DNA of 64,000 nt from Alphaproteobacteria bacterium (lineage in GTDB: Bacteria; Pseudomonadota; Alphaproteobacteria; Bin95): NCBI GenBank assembly GCA_965205265.1, contig CBDBGH010000003.1:4672001-4736000 (forward strand), written 5' to 3'. Made by a program: the position numbers and the translations under genes. Below are positions 56,397 to 64,000 of this stretch, piece by piece. How positions within the stretch are numbered: the first letter of the stretch is position 1; each line of letters begins with the position of its first letter. The notes under the pieces are model-generated. The model saw only the letters and a program-made list of their open reading frames with translations. It was not told the DNA's origin and searched no databases.

Positions 56397-58532
56397 ATGC
56401 GGGGCCTCGGCGGCAGCACGCTGCGGGGCGGGCAGACGGTCTTCCATGCGATCCGCATGTGGGGGCAGATGTTCCGCGCCGCGATGCTGTTCGCGGCCTT
56501 CACCACCGTGGTCGTGCCGGCCTGGACGCTGTGGCGCCAGACCACCGGGGCGGAATGGTACGCCTCCGGCATGGTGACGTTGGCCGAGGTCAAGCTGGTC
56601 CTCGGCTACCGGCCGGACGCGGGCCAGGAGATCCGCTTCGCCGACGGCACGCGGCGCGTGATGCGCATCCGCGACATCGCCGCCTCGGCCCCGGCCCGGG
56701 AGGCGCGTGAACGCGTCCGGGACGAGATGTTCGCGAGCGCCGGTCTGGGCCTGGCGGCGGGCGGCGGGCTGATCGGGCTGTTCCTGATCGTATTCTGGAT
56801 CCGCGGCGCGCAGCTCGGCCGCCAGCGCCGCATCCGGGGCGCCGAGATGGTGACGGCGAGGGAGCTGAGGCGCCGGCTGCAACCGCCCCATGAACGCCTG
56901 CTGGGTCTCCTCCCGGGCACCGCCCGGTTGCGCCCCTGGAGCATTGCCGGCATCCCGTATCCGGAGCGCGCCGAGACCCAGCACACCATCGTCTCCGGCA
57001 CCACCGGGTCGGGCAAGACGGTGCTGATCGCCGACCTGGTGGCGCAGGTGCGCGCGCGGGGCGAGCGCTGCGTGATCTACGACAAGATGGGGAGCTACAC
57101 CCGGTCCTTCTTCGATCCCGCCCGCGACGTGCTGATGAACCCGCTGGATGCAAGGGCGCCGCGCTGGTCGCCGTTCCTGGAGGCCCGCAACCCGCGCGAC
57201 TTCGACATGATGGCCGCCGCGCTCATCCCGCAGCAGAAGGATACCGTCGATCCGTTCTGGGTGACGGCGGCGCGCCAGTTGTTCGCCAACGGCGCCGGCG
57301 TGCTCCGCGAGAAGGGCGTCACCGAGAACCGGGTGCTGGTCGACCACCTGCTCAAGACCGATCTCACGGCGCTCGCCCAGGCGATGGAGGGGACGGTGGC
57401 GCAGTCCATCGTCGATCCCGACAATCCGAAGACCGCGCTCAGCGTGCGCGCCATGCTGACCGCCAACCTCTCGGCGCTGGAGTTCCTGCCGGACGAGGGC
57501 AGGCCATTCTCGATCCGCGAGTGGATCTCGGACGAGAACCGGGGCGGGTTCCTGTTCCTCACGTCGAGGGGCGACCAGCACGCCTCCCTGCGCGGCCTCA
57601 TCTCGACCTGGCTGGAGATCGCGGTCAACGCCATGCTGTCGCTGGACCAGCGGGACGACCGGCGCATCTGGGTGGTGCTCGACGAGCTTCCCACCCTGCA
57701 CCAGGTGCCGAGCCTCCAGCCGGGGCTGGCCGAGAGCCGCCAGTTCGGCGGCTGCTTCGTGCTCGGGGTCCAGGTCGCCTCGGCGCTGCGCGACCTCTAC
57801 GGGCGGAACGGGGCGGAGACCATCTCCGGCCTCTGCGGCACCCGCGTGGTGCTGGCGGCGCCGGACCGCGACACCGCGCAATGGTCGGCCGACAGCCTCG
57901 GGCGCAGCGAGATCGAGGAGGTGACCGAGGGGTTCAGCTACGGCGCCAACACCATCCGCGACGGCGTGAGCCTGACGCCGCGCCGGGAACTGCGGGCGCT
58001 GGCGCTGCCCTCCGAGATCATGCGCCTCGCCAATCTGGAGGGGTATCTCAAGTTCCCCGGCCCCTTCCCGGTCGCCTCGATCCGCCTCGAATACATCGCA
58101 CGGCCGAAGGCGGCGGAGCGCTTCGTGCCGCGTGCGGACCGGGGAGCGGAGGCCGCCGGTGACTCCGGGAAGGCCGGAACGGCGCCATCGGCTTCCGGTG
58201 TTGCGCCCGGCGGCGGCATGGCGGTTCCCGACCTGCCGGACGAGATCGGGGAAGGCTCCGAGGCAGGGACGCCATCGGCGTCGGGAGATGCGCCGGAGGC
58301 CGCCCCGCGCCAGGGCGAGCTGGAGCTTGTTACGCTGGCGGGCGAAGCCGCTGCGGCGCCGGAAGGCGATGGCGCAGCAGTCGCTCCGGCAGGGGAACCG
58401 GGCGATCCGGTAACGGATGACGGGCCGTCCGCAACCGGCGCGAAGGCGCAGGCTGCGTCCGCCGGCAACCCGGCATCGCATGACCGGGCCGGGTCGCATC
58501 GGGACGGCGGCCGGCCCTCCGAGTGGCTGTGA
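56397..58532 (+). CDS. traD: Type IV coupling protein TraD
   Basis: GTTGSGKT, IYDK, DPFW, LDELPTL, ESRQFGG. Confidence 0.93.
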   Translation: MRGLGGSTLRGGQTVFHAIRMWGQMFRAAMLFAAFTTVVVPAWTLWRQTTGAEWYASGMVTLAEVKLVLGYRPDAGQEIRFADGTRRVMRIRDIAASAPAREARERVRDEMFASAGLGLAAGGGLIGLFLIVFWIRGAQLGRQRRIRGAEMVTARELRRRLQPPHERLLGLLPGTARLRPWSIAGIPYPERAETQHTIVSGTTGSGKTVLIADLVAQVRARGERCVIYDKMGSYTRSFFDPARDVLMNPLDARAPRWSPFLEARNPRDFDMMAAALIPQQKDTVDPFWVTAARQLFANGAGVLREKGVTENRVLVDHLLKTDLTALAQAMEGTVAQSIVDPDNPKTALSVRAMLTANLSALEFLPDEGRPFSIREWISDENRGGFLFLTSRGDQHASLRGLISTWLEIAVNAMLSLDQRDDRRIWVVLDELPTLHQVPSLQPGLAESRQFGGCFVLGVQVASALRDLYGRNGAETISGLCGTRVVLAAPDRDTAQWSADSLGRSEIEEVTEGFSYGANTIRDGVSLTPRRELRALALPSEIMRLANLEGYLKFPGPFPVASIRLEYIARPKAAERFVPRADRGAEAAGDSGKAGTAPSASGVAPGGGMAVPDLPDEIGEGSEAGTPSASGDAPEAAPRQGELELVTLAGEAAAAPEGDGAAVAPAGEPGDPVTDDGPSATGAKAQAASAGNPASHDRAGSHRDGGRPSEWL

Positions 58533-58533
58533 C

Positions 58534-61518
58534 ATGCTCTCGATCGGGGCGCTCGGGTCGGCCGCCCAGGGCTCGCACTACTACGAGCGCGACGGATATT
58601 ATTCGAAGGACGACCCCGCGCACCGCGAGGCCAGCGCCTGGGCCGGCCGGGGGGCCGAAGAACTCGGCCTGAAAGGCCCGGTCGATCCGGAGACCTTCCG
58701 TGCGGTCCTCGAAGGCAAGGTGCCCGACGGATCGGGCACGGAACTCGGCCGGCGCGGCCGGAACGGGGAGATCCTCCACCGCCCGGGCCGCGACCTGACC
58801 TTCAGCGCCCCGAAGTCGGTCTCCCTGGCCGCGCTGGTCGGCGGCGACCGGCGCATCGTGGCGGCCCACGACCGCGCGGTCGCGGCGGCCCTCGGCTGGA
58901 TCGAGCGCCACGCCGCCGAGACCCGCATGAAGGACCCGGCGACCGGGCGCATGATCCGCGCCGGCAACCAGAAGATCGTCGCCGCCACCTTCCGGCACGA
59001 CACCTCCCGCAATCTCGATCCGCAGCTTCATACCCACGCCGTGCTCGCCAACATGGTGCAGGGCGGAGACGGCAAATGGCGCACCATGGCCAACGAGAAG
59101 CTCTACGGCGCCAAGATGCTGCTGGGCGCGCTCTACCGCAGCGAGCTTGCCGCCGGGCTCTCCCGGCTGGGCTACGGGATCGAGAAGACCGATGCCGACG
59201 GGCGCTTCGAGATCGCGGGCGTGCCGCGCGCGGTGGTGCAGGCGTTCTCCACCCGCCGGGCGGAGATCGAGGCGGCGATGGAAGCGCGCGGCCTCGGCGC
59301 ATCCGCCGACAATCCGCGGCTGGCGGAGCGGGCGGCGCTGATGACGCGGGCCGCCAAGCGCGACATCGACCGCGAGGAACTGGCGGGCGTGTGGGAGCGT
59401 CAGGCCGCCGATCTCGGCTTCGATGCGAAGGGATTGGCCGCGGCGGCGCTCGAACGGTCGGCCGCGCAGGATCGGGAAGGGGGCCGGGCGCATGACGACA
59501 TCGGCGGTGGACTGCCGCAGGCCCAGCGGCCGCTCGCCGCGCCGGAGCGGGCGGCTGGAAGCGAGCCCGGAGCAGGGATCCCGCCGGCCGCGGCGGAGGC
59601 GGTGGCGTGGGCGATGGCGCATCTCTCGGAACGCGAGGCGGTGTTCGCCCGCACCGATCTCCTGGCCGCCGCGCTTGCCCACAGCCCCGGCGCCGTGGTG
59701 ATCGAAGAGGTCGAGCGGCAGGTCGCGGGGCTGGAGAAGGCCGGGGCGCTGCACGCGGTGGACATGCCGGGCGCGGCGGACTCGCTGGCGACGGACCGGA
59801 CCGTCGGCGAGGAGCGCGAGACGGTGGCGCTGTGGCGCGGCGGCCGCGGTCGCGGCCGGGCGCCGATGCGGAGATGGCAGGTGCAGGGACATCTCCACAG
59901 GGGCCCGCTCACCGCCGGGCAGAAGGAGGCGGTGAAGCTGATCCTGTCGGCGAAGGACCGCACGGTCGGCGTCCAGGGCTACGCCGGGACCGGCAAGACG
60001 ACGATGCTGAACCGCGCCCGGGCGCTGGCGGAGAAGAAGGGATACCGGATGGCCGGGCTCGCGCCCTCGGCCTCGGCCGCGCAGACGCTGGCCTCCGAGG
60101 CCGGGATCGGGAGCGAGACCCTGCAGCGCTTCCTCGCCCGCCATGCCGGCGTGGCCGAGGGCAGGCTGACCGGCAAGGGCGCGCGCGAGATGCGCGCGGC
60201 CTTCGCGAAGACCATTCTGGTGGTCGACGAGGGTTCGCTCGCCTCGACCGTGCAGACGCGCGACCTGCTGCGCATCGCCAACGCGTTGCGCGTCCCCCGC
60301 GTGGTGCTGGTGGGCGATGCGAAGCAGCTCGACGCGGTGGACGCCGGCAAGCCCTTCGCGCAGCTCCAGGCCGCCGGGATGGAGACCGCGGTGATGGACG
60401 AGATCCTGCGCCAGCGCGATCCGGCGCTGAAGGACGCGGTCGAGGCGAGCCTCAGGGGCGACATCGGCCGCGCCTTCGCGAAGCTCGGAGGCAACGTCGC
60501 CGAGGTGAAGCCCGACAACATCGCCGGCGCGGTCGCCGCCCGCTGGCTTGCGCTCGACGACGAGGCGCGCGCCAACACCGGGGTGATGGCCCCCTCGCAC
60601 GCACTCCGGCAGCAGGTCAACGGCCATATCCGCGACCGCCTCGCCCGCGATGGCCGCATCCACGGCCCGGCGGTGGCGAGCGAGCGGCTGATCTCGCGCG
60701 GCTGGACCAATGCCGAGAAGGCGCTTGCCGCCAACTACGTCGCGGGCGACGTGGTGGCGTTTCACCGGCCCTACAAACGGATCGGCGTCGAGAAGGGCGA
60801 CGAGCGCACCGTTGCGGGCGTCGATCGGCCGGCTGGCGCGGTGCTGCTCGACGATGGCCAGGGCGGGCGGGTCGCGTGGAAGCCGGAGGAGATCGGCGGC
60901 CGCCGGGGCGGCAGCGAGGTCTACCGGCGCGAGGAGATCGAGCTTCGGGCCGGCGACCGCATCCGCTGGACCCGCAACGATGCCGGCCTCGGACTGGTCA
61001 ACAGCCGCACGGCCGAGGTGCTGAAGGTCGCGAACGGCCGGGTGGCGTTCCGCCTGGAGGACGGCAGGACGCTCGAACTCGGCCGGGGCGACCCGCAGCT
61101 GCGCCATCTCGACCATGCCTGGGCGGCCACCGTACACGCCTTCCAGGGCCGCACGGTGGACAACGTCATCGCCGCCATGGAGGCCAGGCACAAGCATCTG
61201 ACGACCCGGAAGAGCTTCTATGTCGAGATCAGCCGGGCGCGCGACCGGGCCGAGCTGGTGACAGACGACGCGGCCGACCTTCGGGCGCAGCTCGAAGCGG
61301 TCACCGGCGAGCGCATCGCGGCGCTCGATGCCGTCGGCGGGATGACGCGCGAGGCGCCGGAGAAGGCGCCCGAGGCCGCGCGGGCGCCTGAGGCCGGCCG
61401 CGAAGGCGACGCGCGGGACGGCGGCGGCAAGGATCGTGAAGCCGCGACGACGCCGGCGAAGGAGCCGGAGCCGCTCGCGCCGGAGCGCGGCAGGGGAGGC
61501 ATGGACCTTGGACTGTGA
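58534..61518 (+). CDS. traI: MOBF relaxase-helicase (TrwC/TraI-like)
   Basis: YYERDGYY, DLTFSAPKSVS, HDTSRNLDPQLHTH, QGYAGTGKT. Confidence 0.95.
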   Translation: MLSIGALGSAAQGSHYYERDGYYSKDDPAHREASAWAGRGAEELGLKGPVDPETFRAVLEGKVPDGSGTELGRRGRNGEILHRPGRDLTFSAPKSVSLAALVGGDRRIVAAHDRAVAAALGWIERHAAETRMKDPATGRMIRAGNQKIVAATFRHDTSRNLDPQLHTHAVLANMVQGGDGKWRTMANEKLYGAKMLLGALYRSELAAGLSRLGYGIEKTDADGRFEIAGVPRAVVQAFSTRRAEIEAAMEARGLGASADNPRLAERAALMTRAAKRDIDREELAGVWERQAADLGFDAKGLAAAALERSAAQDREGGRAHDDIGGGLPQAQRPLAAPERAAGSEPGAGIPPAAAEAVAWAMAHLSEREAVFARTDLLAAALAHSPGAVVIEEVERQVAGLEKAGALHAVDMPGAADSLATDRTVGEERETVALWRGGRGRGRAPMRRWQVQGHLHRGPLTAGQKEAVKLILSAKDRTVGVQGYAGTGKTTMLNRARALAEKKGYRMAGLAPSASAAQTLASEAGIGSETLQRFLARHAGVAEGRLTGKGAREMRAAFAKTILVVDEGSLASTVQTRDLLRIANALRVPRVVLVGDAKQLDAVDAGKPFAQLQAAGMETAVMDEILRQRDPALKDAVEASLRGDIGRAFAKLGGNVAEVKPDNIAGAVAARWLALDDEARANTGVMAPSHALRQQVNGHIRDRLARDGRIHGPAVASERLISRGWTNAEKALAANYVAGDVVAFHRPYKRIGVEKGDERTVAGVDRPAGAVLLDDGQGGRVAWKPEEIGGRRGGSEVYRREEIELRAGDRIRWTRNDAGLGLVNSRTAEVLKVANGRVAFRLEDGRTLELGRGDPQLRHLDHAWAATVHAFQGRTVDNVIAAMEARHKHLTTRKSFYVEISRARDRAELVTDDAADLRAQLEAVTGERIAALDAVGGMTREAPEKAPEAARAPEAGREGDARDGGGKDREAATTPAKEPEPLAPERGRGGMDLGL

Positions 61519-61662
61519 CGCCGTCGGCACGGAGAAATTGGCGGGGCGGGGCCGCCTGGCGGCCGCGCACTCCTGGCGCGCCGGGACGACGTGCGGGTTG
61601 TCGATGGCGCCTTGCGGTGACCCGGTCCCGGGACCGAACGGACCGCAACCGGACCCGGCGCG

Positions 61663-62037
61663 ATGAGCCGGGAGGAACGAAACGATGCCGCGAACGGCGG
61701 GGAAAGGGCCGGCGAGGTCCGCAAGACCCGGGGCATCCGGTTCTCGGAATCGGAGTGGGAGACGGTCAGGAACGCGGCGGCGGCCCACGACATGCCGGCG
61801 GCCGAGTTCGTCCGCGAGAAGATCCTGGCGCTCGCGCGCGGCGCGGAAGGTGCGGGCCCGACCCGGGTTCCGGCGTCGATGGCGCCGCTGATCGAGCGGA
61901 TGTTCCGCTACACCTGGTTCCTGGCGACGGAAAGGCGCAGCGCGATGCTCCGCGAGGGGCGCGGGGACGAGCTCGACCGGCTGGTCGCGGAGGCCAGGGC
62001 CTTCCAGGAATCGCTGGGCCGGAACCCGTCGGAGTGA
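61663..62037 (+). CDS. Ribbon-helix-helix relaxosome accessory protein (putative)
   Basis: RKTRGIRFSESEWETVRNAAAAHDMPAAEFVRE. Confidence 0.7.
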   Translation: MSREERNDAANGGERAGEVRKTRGIRFSESEWETVRNAAAAHDMPAAEFVREKILALARGAEGAGPTRVPASMAPLIERMFRYTWFLATERRSAMLREGRGDELDRLVAEARAFQESLGRNPSE

Positions 62038-62090
62038 GCGCAGCCGGCGGCGCACGGGACGCCGCTGGCGCGGTCTGCACCGCAAATCGC

Positions 62091-62330
62091 GTGTATCGGT
62101 CGTGTATCGGCGGTGGTTTTGTCGTGTCCGGGCGTATGCCGGTCGTGTATCGGTTGCGGCATGCGGCGCCTGACGCCGCCTGAGCGATGACACGCCGTGT
62201 GTATCGGTGCGATACACGCTCGATCCAACAACAGTCAGGCGTCCACAGGCGCCTTCAGATCACGTCGGCGCATGTGAGGCGATGCCAGCGCACGTATGCG
62301 GCGTCCCGCAGCCTGCTGCGTCGGGTGTGA
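62091..62330 (+). promoter_or_regulatory. Candidate oriT
   Basis: GTGTATCGG repeats, hairpin 62199-62217, F-like nic TGCGTCGGGTGT at 62317-62328. Confidence 0.6.
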
Positions 62331-62546
62331 GAACCACGCGCCGAAGGGCGTAGAAATCATCACTCCGCCCCCGCATCCGCGAAGCGCCGCAAGGCCAGTT
62401 CTGACAATGGCTTGCAGCCCGCGCGGCGTTTGAGTGCGGCACTTCCGGCCCTTCCGATCTTCGAACCCGACGCCGTTCCCCGGCGTGTCCTGGGTGTTCC
62501 CCAACGGGGGCTCCTGCGACCGGCAGACAAGGGAAGGGGTCGGAAG

Positions 62547-63698
62547 ATGCCGAACGGAACGAAGAGGACGAAGATCACCGAGGCGCGGGCGCGCGCCTTC
62601 GCTGCTGCGGACGGGCGCGAGGCCGTGCTGTGGGACAGCGCCGCGCCGGGCCTCGGCCTGCGGGTGCGGGCGAAAGGGCGCAAGACATGGATCGTGCACC
62701 GGCGCGCGGGCGGCTCCGTCGTCAGGCGGACGCTCGGCGCGCTCGACGAACTGACGGTCGAGGATGCGCGGCACGCGGCGCGAGCGCTGCTCGCCGATGC
62801 GGAGACGGGCGGCGCACCGGCGACGGTGCCGACGGTGCGGACGTTCGCGCCGGCGTTCCTCGCCGACTGCGCCGAACGCTGGAAGCCGGCGACGCGGCGC
62901 GCGCACGCGGACGGCATGAACCGCTTCATCCTGCCCGTGTTTGGCGGTCGGCGCGTCGATTCGATCGGCGCGAAAGATGTGCACAACTGGTTCGACGATC
63001 TGTCGGCCAGGCGGGCGGGATCGGCGAACCGGGCGCTGGCGGTGCTGTCGTCGATGATGAAGCACGCGGAGGCGCTCGGCCTGCGGCGCGAGGACTCCAA
63101 CCCGTGCAAGGGGCTGCGGCGGCGCAGGACCGGCTTCGAGGCGCACTACCTGACGGACGACGAGTTCGCCGCGCTTGGGCGGGCGCTCGACGGCGCGGAA
63201 GCGGAATGGCCGGTCGCCGTCGCCGCGCTGCGCTTCCTGCTCCATACCGGCGCGCGCAAGTCCGAGGCTCTGCGGCTCAGGTGGGAGCATGTCCACGGCG
63301 ACCGTGTTGTGTTGCCCGACAGCAAGACCGGTCCGCGCACGATCCGGCTCGCATCGCCCGCCCGCGCCGTGCTCGCGGCGCAACCCCGGCGCGACGACTG
63401 CCCGTGGGTGTTCGCGTCTCCCTGCGGCGGCCCTGCGACGGTGGACAGGGCATGGAACGCGGTCCGCGCGGCGGCGGGTCTGCCGACGCTGCGCATTCAC
63501 GATCTCCGCCACAGCTATGCGGCGGTCGCGGTCGGCGGCGGCGAGGGCCTGCGCATCGTCGCCGGGCTGCTCGGCCATGCCGACATCCAGACCACCTTCG
63601 GCTATGCGCACCTTGCCGAGGGCTCCGTGTTCGAGGCCGCGAACCGGGTCTCGCGCGGCCTTGCCGCCATGCTCGACGGCGGGGAGGCGGACCGATGA
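62547..63698 (+). CDS. Tyrosine integrase with arm-binding domain
   Basis: LWDSAAPGLGLRV, TGARKSE, HDLRHS, LLGH..TTFGY. Confidence 0.92.
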   Translation: MPNGTKRTKITEARARAFAAADGREAVLWDSAAPGLGLRVRAKGRKTWIVHRRAGGSVVRRTLGALDELTVEDARHAARALLADAETGGAPATVPTVRTFAPAFLADCAERWKPATRRAHADGMNRFILPVFGGRRVDSIGAKDVHNWFDDLSARRAGSANRALAVLSSMMKHAEALGLRREDSNPCKGLRRRRTGFEAHYLTDDEFAALGRALDGAEAEWPVAVAALRFLLHTGARKSEALRLRWEHVHGDRVVLPDSKTGPRTIRLASPARAVLAAQPRRDDCPWVFASPCGGPATVDRAWNAVRAAAGLPTLRIHDLRHSYAAVAVGGGEGLRIVAGLLGHADIQTTFGYAHLAEGSVFEAANRVSRGLAAMLDGGEADR

Positions 63699-64000
63699 CC
63701 GAACGCGCCCGGCTGACCGATGCGCTCGCGCTCGCGGCCCGTCCGCGCGAACGCGAATACGCCGTCCACGATACCGCCCTTCAGGGCTTCATGCTGCGCG
63801 TCCAGCCCAACGGCGCGCGATCCTGGGTGTTCCGCTTCCGGCGCGACGGCAAGCCGTGCCGGGTCACGCTCGGCAGGCCGGAGGCGGTAAAGGCCGACCG
63901 GGCGCGCGCTGCGGCGCTCGCCTTCCTCGCCCGCGAGAAGGGCGTCGGCGATTCTCTGCCCCTTCCCGCTTCCGGCCCGACGCTGGCGAAGTTCGCCGTG
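63695..64000 (+). CDS. Second tyrosine integrase, N-terminal part (runs off window)
   Basis: MTERARLTDA..VHDTALQGFMLRVQPNGARSWVFR; ATGA overlap with the previous gene. Confidence 0.8.
   Translation, partial: MTERARLTDALALAARPREREYAVHDTALQGFMLRVQPNGARSWVFRFRRDGKPCRVTLGRPEAVKADRARAAALAFLAREKGVGDSLPLPASGPTLAKFAV

Noticed and set aside
40066-62217. Very long minus-strand ORFs (1862, 945, 1497, 769, 1295 aa)
   Set aside because: Antisense shadows of GC-rich tra genes with no recognisable motifs.

Overview
GC-rich DNA, probably alphaproteobacterial (inferred from gene content only), that is almost entirely accessory. Left part (1-23.6 kb): an IS21 element, a truncated transketolase, a GPP34/GOLPH3-P450 + kinase + MFS operon, an outer-membrane beta-barrel, an AAA-PD-(D/E)XK gene, R-M/DUF4338/IS5 remnants, and an Rpn nuclease gene split by a RIT element that itself contains an IS21. 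A tyrosine integrase and the 3' half of a tRNA-Met follow. Right part (23.6-64 kb): an integrative conjugative element with a large serine recombinase, vapBC, a primase-helicase, a lipoprotein, an F-type tra operon, TraD, a MOBF relaxase, a candidate oriT and tandem integrases. It looks immobilised, since the pilin is truncated and the recombinase interrupted. The most notable observation is a 1337-bp element (25103-26439) encoding only an intact TnpB but bounded by 23-bp terminal inverted repeats and an 8-bp target duplication, i.e. DDE/IS1595-like ends rather than IS200/IS605 ends. Other highlights: a 24-bp hairpin inserted in frame in two tra genes, RIT ends that mirror their target, and a G12 tract that shifts the P450 frame. 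All family assignments come from motif recognition; no database searches were run.
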